NCBI RefSeq assembly: GCF_009914755.1
Contig: NC_060930.1
Length of the DNA stretch: 64,000 nucleotides
Source of the DNA: the human T2T-CHM13v2.0 reference genome, Homo sapiens
Strand: one strand, 5' to 3'
Part shown: positions 45,857 to 62,904 of the stretch, in pieces
How positions within the stretch are numbered: position 1 is the first letter of the stretch
How the letters are laid out: every line of letters starts with the position of its first letter
Notes under the pieces: generated by a model
The model's input: the letters and a program-made list of their open reading frames with translations, nothing else
Database searches by the model: none
What the model was told of the DNA's origin: nothing
Program-made: the position numbers and the translations under genes

Positions 45857-47884
45857 TCACTGCAGGAAATCCTGTTTCCAATTATTTCAAGATATGCTGA
45901 GCCCATCAATGGTATACCCAAGCTCTAAAAACAACATATTTATAGCCACAATTTTACACATTTCAAATGATTTCTTAATGTGAAATTCAAATAAACTAGT
46001 AACTCCTACATACATATTAACTCCTTTTCTATTTATATCTTAAATGTGGTTCCAAATGAAAAACATGTAGAATCTAAGAGTTTGGGGAATTTGTTAACAT
46101 GTTACAAAAATGTTTCTGCAAATTTACAGAAATTTATGAAGTCTGGAAAGTCTGAATTAGACTGCTGTTGGTGGTGACTTAAAACGATTTTATTTTATAA
46201 ATGGACTTACTGTGCTCTTTTCATCATTTTTCTGGCATCTTAACAGCAGACAAGGAAAGTTCTTGTTTTTCCAGCAGCGTCTGCTTGGTAAAGTCTAAGT
46301 AGGTCAGAGGAAGAAGCAAAACGTTTTTATTTCAGCGAGAAATTAAAAACTCAGAACCTACTTTATATTTAAAGTTGCTTTCACTAGTGTAGTTGCCTAA
46401 AAGCAAGCAAGTAGCAGGTCCTTGCTCCCAGATGCCTGCTCGCAGATCATGAAAAGAAAACAAACCTTCAGGGTTTGAAGTGTAAATTTTCTGGAATATT
46501 TTGTACTAAATTGCCAATGTGATATCAAAGACATGGCGAAGTGTAGTTACTCTGCCATGGCTGCCCCATCAGCAGGCTCCCTTTAATGAGCAGTTAGTTC
46601 TAATTAATAGCTTACCTCTGGCAGAGAATGTAATTTCACTTTGGGTCATTTTCAAGCACAGACTAGAGTAAGAGTAAGGCAGTCAAAGAAAGAAGGAGAG
46701 AAATGGTATGAGGGTTGGAATTATATTTAGAGACAGCAGGAAGATGATCACTATCTGGTTTTCCCAAATCTTCACAAATTGGATTACAGTGTCTGGAGCT
46801 GTCTTTCAGAAGGGCACAGATTACATTGTGCAGAATTATCTGCAAGGGATAATTCTTCTGTTGATCTGAACTTTCAGCTAACGCCAGTGTCTGATGGTAA
46901 AGATTTTGATAGTGACATTTAAACACTTAGTATGCTAACATGTATAACTCAGCTGGTAACTGAAGTTTCCCTATTCCTTGAGTTGTAGCTAAAATTGCCC
47001 TGATCTGTGCAAGTCCAAAGCCCATCCTAGGACTCAGATGATTTCCACATCTACAAGTGTGTCTTTAATTCACTAGGCATCAATTTTAACAAAAAATCCA
47101 AGCCTTTTATCAACTTTCAATTCCCCCCCAAATAAAAGTCCACTCCCAGAGAACACTCATGATTAATAGAACCGACTGAGGTTTCAGTGGTGGGGTACCT
47201 ATATAAGGAAAGGTCACCTCTCACCTCATTCCACAAACAACTTTAAAAAATTATCATTACCTTCTTGTGCTTTCAAGTCATCTGCAGCAACTGCCACCAG
47301 GCAAGGTGGGCCTGTAGGCTCGAGGTGACTAGGGGACACTGACAAAAGAGACCCTGCCACAGGGTGAGAAGCAAATGACAAGTGGCCCCAGGTGAGACTT
47401 ATGACTTCCCAATAGCACACTAACCAGTGCTCAAGAGTCTTAAATCTCTGAAACCTCTGCCTTCAACATGGAATCTGGGCCCAAACTGTTGGTGGCAGAT
47501 TACAGTGCACTTCTATTGCCACAGAAAGTTTTATTGAACAGTACTGCTGTAAAGATTCTACACTAATGTTTTCCTGATGAAATTTAATGCAATAATGTGA
47601 ACTCCAGGAAGAAATTTGCAGCATATGATAGGAAATGTAGGTATGCCACCCCTTACGAATGATAGGAAAACTAAACAGTATGTGTTTTGGTAAGCCAAAA
47701 GACACACTCCCCACTTCCCTGATTTGTTCTACACTGTCCCAGATAACCATGGCATAATAAAGAAAAGTCAGTCCCATGTAAGATTAAATGGCGTTCTGGG
47801 ATAGACTTGTTACCAAGAAGTAAGTACCAGCACGTAAAAATATTAAGGACTACCTCTTTAGCAAAAACATAAATAAGAAAAATT

Positions 47885-48172
47885 GGCCAGGTGCAACGTG
47901 GCTCACACCTGTAATCCCAGCACTTGGGGAGGCTGAGGCTGGAGAATTGCTTGAGCCCAGGAGTTTGAGACCATCCTGAGACCCCATTTCCTCAAAAAAT
48001 TTTTAAAAATTAGCCGGGCATAGTGGCACACACCTGTAGTTCCAGCTATTCAGGGAGCTGAGGCAAGAGGATTGCTTGAGCCTAGAGAAGGTCAAGGCTG
48101 TAGTGAGTCATGATGGCACCACTGCATTCCAGCCTGGGCAACAGAGCAAAAAAAAAAAAAAAAAAAAAAATA
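47885..48172 (+). mobile_element. AluJ-like element with small internal deletion
   Basis: GAGGATTGCTTGAGCC...GGTCAAGGCTGTAGTGAG; left-arm GGCAACATAG segment missing. Confidence 0.9.
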
Positions 48173-48326
48173 GAAAGAGGGAGGGAAGGAGGAAAGGAAG
48201 GAAGGAAAGAAGGAAGGAAGGAAGGAAGGAAGGCCAGCCAAGAGGGAGGCCAACTGTCTCTCTCTCTCTCTCACGCACACACACGCACACACACACATGC
48301 ACATACACACACCCACACACACACAC
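48173..48326. repeat. (GGAA)n, (CT)n and (CA)n simple repeats
   Basis: Directly visible; the longest pure GGAA run is five units. Confidence 0.9.
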
Positions 48327-50314
48327 AGAGCATTACAAAGGGGACAATGGGAAGAAATTAACCAGAAAATTACCTGACCACAATCTTTATTTCACCACCA
48401 AAAACAAAATGAAAAACAAAACAAAAGAAACCTTTCAGTTATCACTATGGCCTAGGGCCAATTTCTTGATAACTGGAATAAATTTTGTTAATTTAAGATT
48501 TAGCTTCCTGCTTAAACATGTTGTGTGAACTACTAGATACTGGCTTGTTTTAAATTCTAAATTACTTTTATTTCTCCCTGTGGAAGGGATTTGAAATGAG
48601 TCCCATTTAGAAAGCAAGCCATCAGGGCAGGAAAATGATGATGAACACACTAACATCAGTATATATACTTAAGAGAGCCTTGTAACCTTGACTTAAGTGC
48701 TAAACTAAATATGGTATCTTATCACATTTCTGTACTGGTGAGCCAACACCACAGAAAAGCAAACTGAAATGAATGAGATTCTTTGATTAATTTTCTAGTA
48801 AAAGTTTAAATATCACACTTCAAAGTAATTTAAATTATAGCAGATGGAAATGGAAGCATCCTTAAATAGATTCCTGCACACTCTTCCAGGATTCAGAAGT
48901 CTTCTATTTAGGTATCACAGCCTATCTTAATATGATTTACATGTTGGTGTCTGCAACTTCTATCAAGCTGCCGGGTTAGAGGGCAGGGGCTGCCCTATCT
49001 CCCTACTCTCACTGTCAAACTTCTGATCAGATGCATTTATAATGACTAAAGATAGAGCCTTTTTTTTTTTCACTTGAGCTTCTTTGCTGCCTAGACTTAC
49101 CTTCCTTGTGTTCATTAGTCAAACCAGAAAGGCCTTTCTGGACTGTTAGGCTGCTAAGAGAAGTTGCTCAGTCCTCTCAGCCTCTATCCTATGGAATTAC
49201 TCTGAAACTGAGGACCATAAACCCTACTGAATCCTTCCCAATTTCCTTTGGCTCCTAGGGACTATTTTTATTTCAGTTCCCACCTCCTTCCCTGTTCTTA
49301 GCCATGTCTTGGGAGATTTGTGGGATTCTGTGGTGGACAGAATAATGATCCCCCAAAGATTTTCACGCTCTAATCTCCAGAATCTGTGAATGTTTTATTA
49401 CATGGCAAAAGAGACTTTGACTCTGTCAAAAAAAAAAAAAGAAAAAAGAAAACAAATACTGATTCTGTTACCAGGAATGAGGTACTGCCATAACAAATAC
49501 CTAACCATGTGGAAATAGCTTATAATCAGGTGGTGGGTGGTGATACTAAAAACGTTTAGGAGCATGGTAGAAAAAGCCTAGATTACCTTGAATAGGTTAT
49601 TAGTAGAAATGTGGACTTGAAGGATGCTCTGGTGATCTCTGAGAAGAAAATGAGGAACCCAATATTGGAGACTGAAGGAAGGAGAATCCTTGTTATATAG
49701 AAGCAGAAAGCTTATATATATTGTGTTCTGCAGTTATGCTGAAGGCAGACTTTGTAAGTGACAAATCTGGTCATTTAGCTGAGGAAATTTTCAAGCATCA
49801 TGGTGAAGGTATGACCTGTTTTTTCTTGCAGCTTATAGTGAAATGAAAGATGAGAGAGAGAAATTGAGGGTGGACCTATTAAAAAGAAACCAATACTTGG
49901 TGATTTTATAAATTCTACACCTATTTAAATGGAAACAGACTAAAATTAAGAGATTCACTGTCAGGAAGTCATGTTATAAAAAAAGAGCCCAGGATGTGTC
50001 TGTAAAACCTTTTGGTAATACCTCAGAAAACTCAAAAGGTTGTAATATTTAGTTACACAAAAGACTACTTGAAGAGATCAAAAGTGTGACAGATCAATCT
50101 CCTTGGCCATCTCAACAGAAGCCATAAATAAAGATGGTATTATCTAGGAAAGATCTGTGTACAAGGTGAATCCCATGACATACATGGGAGACTCACAAAG
50201 TTCCTAAGAATATTAAGACAACAGAAATTCTGCCAGCTAGGACTGAAAGAGATAGAGAGTACAAAATTTTCAAAAACTGTCAGTCCATAAAAATTCTACC
50301 TGCAGAAAACAGAC

Positions 50315-50668
50315 TGCTATGGTCTGAACATATGTGTCCCTTCAAAATTTATGTTAAAATCCTAATCCCCAAGGCAATAGTGTTAGGAGGTGGGACCTTT
50401 GTGGAGGGGGTTGGGTAATGAAGGCAGAGCCTTAATGAACGGGGTTAGTGTCCATATAAACGAGACCTCAGAGCCTGCCTTGCCCTTCCACCATGTGAGG
50501 ATACAGCAAAAAGATGTCGTCCATAAGCAATAGCCCCTCACCAGACACTAAACCTGTGTATTGATCTTGGACTTCCCAGCCTCCAGAACTATAAGAAATA
50601 GATTTCTATTGTTTGTAAGTCACCCAGAATATGGTCTTTTTATTACAGCATCTGAATGGACTAAGACA
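50315..50668 (+). mobile_element. MLT1A0-like solo LTR nested in the MLT1 internal region
   Basis: TGCTATGGTCTGAA...GGACTTCCCAGCCTCCAGAACT...GGACTAAGACA; perfect 5-bp TSD CAGAC. Confidence 0.88.
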
Positions 50669-51270
50669 CAGACTGATAAAACTACTCTGTTGCGAACATG
50701 TGTTGCCTTTCCTAAATAAAAAAAGTGTGACTCACAGGGAAGAATCAAGAACCACAGAACATTTTTTTCTCCAGGCCTTGAAATCCAATGGAGTTTGCCC
50801 GGCTGGGTTTTTTAATTGCTTAGAACCAGTGATTCCTTTTATTCTCCCATCTTTCTCCCTTTTTGAATGTGAATATCTGTAAGTGTTATCCTGTGCCTAT
50901 CCCACTGTTGTATGTTTGGAGCAGATAACTTTTTTTTTTTTTTTTTTTTAGTTTTACAGGTCCAAAGATTGAGAGGAACTGTGCTTCAGGGAAGATTATA
51001 CCCAGATTCTACCTACATATAATTTAGATTATTTGGGTGATTAGATTTGGGGTTTTAGAGCTCATGGAATTTAGATGAGATTTTGAACTTAAATTGATGC
51101 TGTAATGGGATGAGAACTTTGGTGATTTTGGGATGAAATAAATGTATTTTGTGTATGAAATAGACATGAATCTTTAAGGGCCATAAGGTGGACTGTGGTA
51201 AGCAGAATAATTACCACCACCACCACCCTCTCCAAAGACTTCCATATCCTAATTTCCAGAAAAACAGTTA

Positions 51271-51648
<378 letters not shown>

Positions 51649-52514
51649 GTACCCAGAGCAGAAAAGCCAGCTGAGCCTACCAGACCTCTGACCTATATAA
51701 TAGTGAAATACATTTAGTTATTTTAAATTGTTGCGTTTGTGACAATTTGTTACGGCAGCAATAAGCATCTAATACATATTCACATCCAGAGATTAAAATC
51801 ATTTAAAGGAGTTGATCCTCACTGTCTAATAGTATAATAATAATAATCCCATACTTTCATGTAAATTATAATCAAAAGATCATTTTAAATGGCTTTGTCT
51901 TTCACAGAAGGAATTTCAAAAATTTATTTTGTGCTTATGCTGAAAGCTGGCATTCCCTCTATTATTTGCTGCTCCTTTTTAGAATAATCAATTCACAAAT
52001 TTAAGATTTAAAATGTGCTTCTCCAAGATTGGCCAAATCACAAGACAGCAGTACTCTTATGAGTTTCTCCCTTGAGTCATAAGTGGTGAGTTCGTGTCCC
52101 AGAAGATCAAAATGGCGTACTGAAAAAGAGCTCTTGGCTAAATCAAAAGGCCTGAATTCTAGTCCTAACTCTGACATGAAAGAGCAAGGATGCCTCTTTG
52201 GAGGAAATTAATTAACCTCTATGGATCTCATTTTCTTCCTTTTTAGAATAAAGCAGTTGGAGATTCAGGGTGGCTTCCATGATGAAGTATTGTTTGTTTG
52301 AAATCTGAAGTCTTGGTAGCATTAATGAGACAATTAGGTGGAGAAGCAGTCCAGAAGACTCAGCAAACCCTGTTTTATATGCCACTTGCTACAACATTAG
52401 TCTCCCGATGAATTTAGTGACCAAAAACAGAGCAAAAATAAAGATCTATAAATAGGCCTAGAAGAATGTATGCCACTTGGCAGTGTTAACCTCTGAGGAG
52501 GGCTATAGGGAAGC

Positions 52515-52725
52515 TTTATGGAGTAGTGCTCAAGGGCATAGACTTTGTTACCAAACCTTCTAAATTTAAGTTTTGGCTCTGCCACTTCCCAGCTGTGTGT
52601 TTTCTCTACATCTCTCAGTTTCCTCATCTATAAAATATATGTGTGCATGCACAATTGCTTAAGACAGATCTTGGCATAATATGCGCTCTATAAATTAGCA
52701 TATACTATGTAAATATTTGTCAATG
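52515..52725 (+). mobile_element. MIR
   Basis: AGTAGTGCTCAAGGGCATAGACT...GGCTCTGCCACTTCCCAGCTGTGTG...TCTCAGTTTCCTCATCTATAAAAT. Confidence 0.75.
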
Positions 52726-52729
52726 TTAT

Positions 52730-53075
52730 TGCTACTGGCAGAATTGTGTCCCCCAAAACTTCATATGCTGAAGCCATTAATGTGATGTTATTTGGAGATA
52801 TGGCCTTTGGGAGGTGATTAGGTTTAAATGAGTTCATGATTGTGGGACCCTCATGGTGCAATTAGTGTCCTTATGAGAAGAGAGATCTTGTCATCTCTGT
52901 CCACCATGTGAGAACACAGTGAGAAGGCAGCTGGCCATCTACAAGGGAGAAAGAGAGCCCTTGACAGAACCTGACTATGCTGGCACCCTAATCTCAGACT
53001 TTTAGCCCCTAGAATTGTGAAAAAAATGTATTTCTATTATTTAAGCCATTCAGTCTATGGTATTTTGTTATGGCC
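52730..53075 (+). mobile_element. MLT1A-like LTR
   Basis: TGCTACTGGCAGAATTGTGTCCCCCAAAA...CCATGTGAGAACACAGTGAGAAGG...TTTAAGCCATTCAGTCTATGGTATTTTGTTATGG. Confidence 0.82.
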
Positions 53076-53398
53076 AAGTATAATTACTAATAAAATTATT
53101 AAGGAAAAAATTAGTTTTTGTTCTGTAGCTGCTGTTCTATTTAACTTTTTACATTGAGACTATATTAATGAATTCTTTTACAATTTAAAATAAAGAAAAC
53201 CAAGTGAAAAAAAACACAAAAAGTCCATAATTCATTTGGAGTGATACCTTCCTTCAATTATCTCTTAAACTTCAGAGTGGGACCAATTGCAGGTTGAATG
53301 AGCCATCAATGAAAGACATCAATAGACTGTTTCGTCAAACTCACTCCCAGTTTGTAAGGTGTCTCATTGATTCACTTGTCAACTTTAAAGTGATGCAA

Positions 53399-56196
<2,798 letters not shown>

Positions 56197-56971
56197 AAAG
56201 TGATGTAATTAACAAGTATTACAGTTAAAAGATCCTTTAGCACAGTATCAGAAATTCAAGAGAGTATTAAAAATGCTGCTCTTTTGATGACATTTAGATA
56301 TATATAAAGTTCAGTAATTACTTCAAAGGATGACTTTATGAAAAGAAGAGTTCACAAAATTCAGACCTTGGAAATAATCTACGAAATTGCCAATACATTG
56401 ACACTCCTTAGAGAAAATATTTAAAGCTGAGTTATAAGTTGCTAAATTAAATGTCTATTTTTAAAAGGACAGTTGTATGTATGCCTGTTATCAAGATATA
56501 ACTTAAAATGTAATTAATGCTTTCTTGCAGCTTACAAGTTAGTGGTTAAAACAGATATTAATCAAATAAACAAATTAGTGCATAATTATAAACAATAATT
56601 TGGATTTTACTTTGTCTTTATCCTCTAAGCCACTTGTCTATAATACTTTCCATCAACTCGGTTAATAAAAAGGTGCACACACAATGGAGAAATTACAATA
56701 TAAGGCACAAAGCACTGGCTTGAAAATCAGTTGATTCCTAGCTTTCCCACTAACCAAGTGAGCTTTCTGAGTTCTTTAAGCTCTGTAAGATTAGTTGGTG
56801 TCATATATATCCTTGTAGGGTTCTCTTACATTTAAAATCATATAAATAATTTTCCAAGCCAGACATTATTTTAGATCCCCAAAATTAGCTATTTCATAAT
56901 AAATAAAGTCTGTGTCTTCCAGAGGGGAAAAGGGATTTTAAATGATTAATGTATAAAGAGTTTATACAAAT

Positions 56972-57280
<309 letters not shown>

Positions 57281-58431
57281 AAAGAATTTACACAAATAAT
57301 AAATAAGAAAGATTATAAGAATTTAATAGACTTAACTTTAAGAAATACATAATGAAGAATGTTCAGTATAATTAATAATGTACAATTTTAGTTGTAGCAG
57401 GAAGGATGGTTAAACTGGGATGTTGAAATCCTTTTCTCCAGCAATCTTTAAAAATCAAGTCGTTTCCCAAGAGTAGTGAGATGACTTAAGAAAGGAGAGA
57501 GTTGATATGAAGTATCAGGCACGTTTCTGCCCTCTGAACATTATCTGAGATACTGCCGTCATACCTGAAGTGTTTTTTTCCGTAAAGGAAGAGTTCTTTT
57601 TAATTGTCCACAGCCGTACATTATTAATCAAACTCTGTCTTTGAATCATAATTCATGCTCAAGCCCCTAGAAGTTAAAAGCGTGAATGAAAATTTATAAA
57701 AATTTGAAAACTTCACTCAGGAGGTCATTGAGAGTACATTAAAAGGCATTTAGTTTGTTTAGATGTAATGTATTTTATTATTAGGGCTGATTCACACTCA
57801 CTGTAATACTCCAGGGGGATTAACCACATTAATCTAATTATGAGAGTTTCACAGCACTCTTAGCAGAAAGACATTCACCAAACTTCAATTATTTTTAGAA
57901 GCTCTATCTTTGAATGTGATTTAAAATGTGATTAAGTTCCCTTTTGTGTTATCTAAACTGAATAAAGGCATTGTTTAAGCTTATTCACAGACAAAAGAAT
58001 AACTTTATTAATTTTTGTTTCCTCATACAGCTTAAATCTAACAATGAAAAATATATGCTTTTATTTATATCTAATTATATTTTTCATTATTCTGTAAACT
58101 AAATGCAGGTTTCATATTGGATTGTCTTGAACCCAATAAAGTACAAACATAAAATGGTTTTATTTTCTTCCCTTTCACTGCTTTCGGACTTACTTTGTCA
58201 AATCTCCCTTTCCTGACCCCTTACAACATCTTGGGTAGATCCCATAGCTTTCTGGTGACTTCGAATATTAAAAAAATCCAGTTAAGTCTAGGTCGGTTTA
58301 ATATTTTAGATCTTATACAGTATTCAATTTATATTCATATCCTTGCTTTCCAGACCTCTAGTCAGCTGCATCGTGAAGGATGTGGAGGTACCCAGGCCAC
58401 TGTGTGTTATTTCACTCTTTCAAAGAGGTAG

Positions 58432-59408
58432 TGAAGCAGGATATTTCCCTGGCCCCTTCATGGGACTCACAAAGGGGGTGCCTTGTTTCCTCAGCCTGCA
58501 GTTCTCAACTCCTCGCAGGAGGGAGCACGCAAGCGAATAAGGTGGGAAATTGTGTGCCCGGGCACTGGAACTAGCCAGCCACTTCAGTGCTGGCAGTGGC
58601 AAATTCCACTCACTTGGAGCCACTGCGCTCCACCCCTCGTGGGAAGGCGCATGCAGGTGAGCAGGTGCAGGAGCCAGGGCAAGCACTTTTGGGTGTGAGC
58701 AGGAGCAAAGTCTGTGCAGGCCCCAACAGCAACATCTGGGAGGGTACCTGTGACCCCTGAAGTCCCAGAGGGAGTGTTACAGTGCTCTTTTAGTGCTGCT
58801 GTCCACAGACAGCTTAAGTGTTAACAGCTCAGTGGACCCTCTACCTTTTGGTGTGAGGCAGCTGCCTTTTGCCAGAGAGGGCAAAGGGTCAGTGTGACAG
58901 CCTTTTGTATCTGCACTCGTGGTTCCTGAGTTCTTCTGTGGCGTCCAGGAGGAATGAGGTCACATGAACAAATTGAAGGATTGTAAATGTGGGAAATTTT
59001 ATTGCCGATGGGCATGGCTGTCAGTGGGAAGGGGAGCTGAAAAGGGGACAGAGCTGGAAGGTAATCTTCTCCTGAAGTCCAGGAGTCTCCAACCAGATTC
59101 TTCTCCCAAGTTACACGGTCAAGCTGTCCCTCTGGAATCAAGCCGCTTCTCCCCGACATCCAGCTATAGTCTCTGATGTCCAGCTGCTTCTCCTCTCTCT
59201 GTCAGCTGGGTATGAGGTTTTTTATAAGCCCAGGATGGAGGGCAGGGCAGGCAATGAGTGGTTTTGGAAAAGGCAACATTCAAGTGGGAAAACAGGGATG
59301 TAAGTTCTCACTTCTGGCTGCGGTTTCAGGCTTTTCAGCTGGAGGGTGGGGCATTTGCCAGGGACCCGCCCTTTCTGCCTAGAATTTCTCTGCCTCCTGC
59401 CTCTATCG
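58432..59408 (-). mobile_element. ERV1-class solo LTR (LTR27/LTR28/MER52 group)
   Basis: Reverse strand starts GATAGAGGCAGGAGGCAGAGAAATTCTAGGCAG...GGGCGGGTCCC, has a TATAAA box near 59222 and ends GGGAAATATCCTGCTTCA; about 980 bp. Confidence 0.78.
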
Positions 59409-59639
59409 TTGTATCCATAGGAGCAGAAATATGATATTGAACAAATGGAAATAGTGGCTGAGACCAAAACCAGTAGTGTTCATCAAATTTCCATGTTCTC
59501 ACCAATGGAATGTAGGGGAGATGAGGTGTCCCTTCTGGTATAGCAGTTAAAATCAAGTGTGACTTCTGCATGTTGACTCTCTCCTAAGGCTAGCTGATTA
59601 AACACAAAGCACTCAACTCCAACATGGCAGTGTTAAGCT

Positions 59640-59815
59640 GGATGCAGCCTGGCCCCTGGGTTGCCGCTGGAAGGGAAGTGGTGTAGGAGAGCTACCAGGC
59701 CAGCCTGCAACAGACTGCAATGTAAAGGGAGATATGTCTCTGTTTCATTAAGCCATTGAGAGCTCAGCAGTTTTTTGTTATTATGACATAATCTAGCCTA
59801 TTGTGATTAAGACAA
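59640..59815 (+). mobile_element. Old MLT1 LTR 3' remnant
   Basis: TTAAGCCATTGAGA...TTTGTTATTATGACATAATCTAGCCTATTGTGATTAAGACA. Confidence 0.55.
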
Positions 59816-61191
59816 AAATAGATCTGGAAGTGAGGCACAGGAGGCAAAGAATGGGCTACACTGGAGATATCTAAACAGAGAAAGGAAGAAGAGAGAATGA
59901 TTGTATGAGAGAATAACAAGTTGTGTGAGCTTGCTTATAAATAGTTGAGAAGGAACCAGTAAAGAAAGAAACAGGCAATGCAAGAAACAGGGGAGCTAAT
60001 AGACAGATCTGCTCTCATGAAGAGAAGTGAAAGGTTGAGATTAAGGACTCAAATGAAGAGATACATCTTAGAAGGTGTCTTTGCTCAGAGACAAGAGCAA
60101 AGGAAAGTGAAATGGGAGAAGAAACCAAAAAACAGAAGGGGGAAATGATTGAAAGTTGCAGAAAATGTAATAAGCCGCAAAAGGGACCATTTTTAGCCAC
60201 CTTCTGACAGAAGTGTAATCAAAGCAATTTCCAAGTGACTGAGCTTATATTAATCTTCTCTCACACACTTAAATTTATTCGGCTTTATCCCTACAGGCCA
60301 CATGTAATACCTATTCTTAATTTATGCTAAGCTTGATATCTTCTAAATCTTACATGTTTTTAATGCAGTACTAGACAGAGTTATTCATGCTCCATGCACA
60401 CTAGCAATATCATAAATTCAGATTTGGAATTACTGAGGTATGAGAGAGCTTACCAACCTGAACTCAACAGAAGTCCAACAGCATTATGCATAGGTTTTAC
60501 AGAAAGAGATTTTGTTTGAATTGAGCATCAAATAGAAGAAAAAGATACATAGCATTTGAAAAAAAAGGTTTTAAAAACAATTTACAGAAAAATATATTCT
60601 GCCTTATATTAAAGAGATGGGAAGAAAATAAGAAAAGGAGGGATAGAGGGAGGAAGGGAAAGTTACCAGTTTAAAATTTTTGTTAAGTTGTAAGATACAC
60701 TTTCCTTCTACTTCTGCTCCCTCCCACTAAATTCCCAAACCCACAGTGACCAAGTCAGTGGACATGTAGCCATGCAAACTGACTGTTCCCAATAAATCCC
60801 TCAACAGATTTGGAAATATTAATTTATTTTATATGTGACAATATCACTCTTTAAAAACAGGTGGTGGGTTTTGTGTCAGTTATCTTATCAACAGATCAGA
60901 CTTTAGCATCTTCAGGGATCTTATTTCAAGAGTACAGAATAATTATCTATTGGTTTTCATACAGTTAATAATCAAGCCCCTCTCTCCTTCCTTTCGAATA
61001 TCTCATATCTGCCCACTTCTTTCACTCACACTGTCTCACACTCTATTCAAGCCCCACATCACCTTACACCCAGAATTCCTAGCTCTTTAGAGTTCCCAGC
61101 CCCTGTCTAAACTAAACACCTCCTTAAAGCATTATCTTCATCATGTCATTCCCAGATTTAAAAACTTGTAATGCCTCCTCAATGTGTATAA

Positions 61192-61355
61192 CAGGGGATA
61201 TTTACCTGGCGTTCACGAAAAGGTTTCCAGAGGATTTCTGAAAGCACTGAAATTCTGTGCAATCATTTGTGTGCTGTGAATTATTTTGCTGGTAAAAATA
61301 TCTAGTTTCTTCAAATCCTTCTTGAGGTCCTACAAAAGGCTGACAATCATCCATC
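61192..61355. mobile_element. MER103C-like hAT fragment
   Basis: CAGGGGATATTTACCTGGCGTTCACG...CTGAAATTCTGTGCAA...AAAAGGCTGACAATCA. Confidence 0.5.
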
Positions 61356-61469
61356 TTTAGGGCAAAAGTTAAGCTCAATGACCAGTATTCAAGAGGTGAG
61401 ATCAAGCTTGCATTTCACTCTCGTCCCCTAAGTCAGGTCCTTAGGTGGGTAAGTTCTCCTCATCCTATA

Positions 61470-62200
61470 CATTTATTTATTCATTCAACAAACATTCATT
61501 GAACACTTCTATGTTCCAGACATGATTATAGGCACTCAGGACACATAGATGAAAGAATAGCCTCCTCCCTAAGGTATTTCCAAACTCTTATAACAACTCC
61601 CCTGTCAAGCAGGTGGGAAACTAGGTCTATGGCTGTGCTTGATATTTCAGGAATTGGAGAAAGGTATCAGACTGGGATGAGAGAAAGGGTCCTGAGAGCT
61701 CAGGAACAAAATGTAACAAAAGTAACATCCACAGAGATCCTCTAACATATCAAGTCCAAAGGAGAGTGAAGAGCAGAGAAGTGAAAAATCAAGCAGAAAC
61801 AGAATCCAAAGCTCAGCCAAACTAGAAAGAGCAAATGGATTCAAGAGGATAAAGAAGAGATGGGGCCTGTAGGAATTCTCTGGAGTGCGCATACATAGAC
61901 CCAGATTCATTTCTACACAGTCTCCAATGGTGTCAGTTCAGTGGGAGAGAGCTGCCAGGACTCCAAGAAACAGCAGAGGGACATGAGACACTAAAGTCTG
62001 CTGAGAGAGTCCTGGAAGGCTTTACAATGCTGGTCACATATAAGGTGACCCTTCAAAGAGGAGTAGGATTTTGTCAGATGGACAGAAGGGAGGGCAGGAC
62101 ATTCCATAAAAGGGAACGTTCAATGCAAAGGCCCAGAGTCTTAACATAGCATGTTTGGGAGAACAAAAAGTGATTTAGTATAAATGGAGGCTTGGAGCAA
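61470..62200 (-). mobile_element. L2 relics
   Basis: ATTCATTCAACAAACATTCATTGAACACTTCTATGTTCCAGACA (L2 3' end) and GGGCAGGACATTCCA...TGCAAAGGCCCAGAG further on; discontinuous. Confidence 0.6.
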
Positions 62201-62709
62201 ATTATTTAGAGATGATGACTGATACTCTCCCTAAGTATATAGATACTTGACAGTCCAAAAGAAAATTAGATATGTAATTCAGAATTTTAGAGCAGAAATA
62301 AGTGGAGTTTGCTAGACAAAGCCCCTCTAAGTAACTATGTCTTGGTGAAGATTTGTCTCACCCAAATTAACTAAGGGCAAAGTCAACACTAGATTTCTTG
62401 TCCACTAATCGACTTTGTTTGAAGTTGCCTGTGTGCCACACAGCCAGCTCTGACACCAGATTCAAACTGTTTGGCCTCATATTAGAAGTAGGGCCTTCAG
62501 GAACACACATACACACACAACATCCAATGACTATAAGGTCGGAGGGCAGGTGGGAAAATGGTAATTTTTCACTTCAATAGTTTATAATACTGAACATCTT
62601 TGAATGTTCTAATAAGAAAAAAACAAGAGAAGACATAAAAAGAATGAGGTAATACTATTATCTCTGCCAATGACAGAATAGGGGTCTAGCATTGTACTTG
62701 TTGCATAGC

Positions 62710-62904
62710 CAGTGGTGTGCTGGCAAATGTTTAACAGCCAGTATGCAGGGAAGGAATGGAACAGGGAGCTCATCTGTAGGGTTTTCCAGTTTCTATAGTG
62801 TAAGTATGCTTCTGTGGCTGATTTCAAGCTACCACTGTGGTATAATGGAGATGCTAACAATTGGTTCTCAGAAGTTAGTACAAGCTGGTTTAAGTGCACC
62901 ACTG
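62710..62904. mobile_element. MER63A-like hAT MITE
   Basis: TIRs CAGTGGTG...CACCACTG; internal GCAAATGTTTAACAGCC and GATTTCAAGCTACCA. Confidence 0.8.

Noticed and set aside
46663-46926. 87-aa minus-strand ORF in unique DNA
   Set aside because: No recognisable protein similarity or convincing splice acceptor; length is within chance.
48173-48232. (GGAA)n as an EWS-FLI1-type enhancer
   Set aside because: Only five consecutive units in an interrupted, Alu-tail-adjacent repeat.
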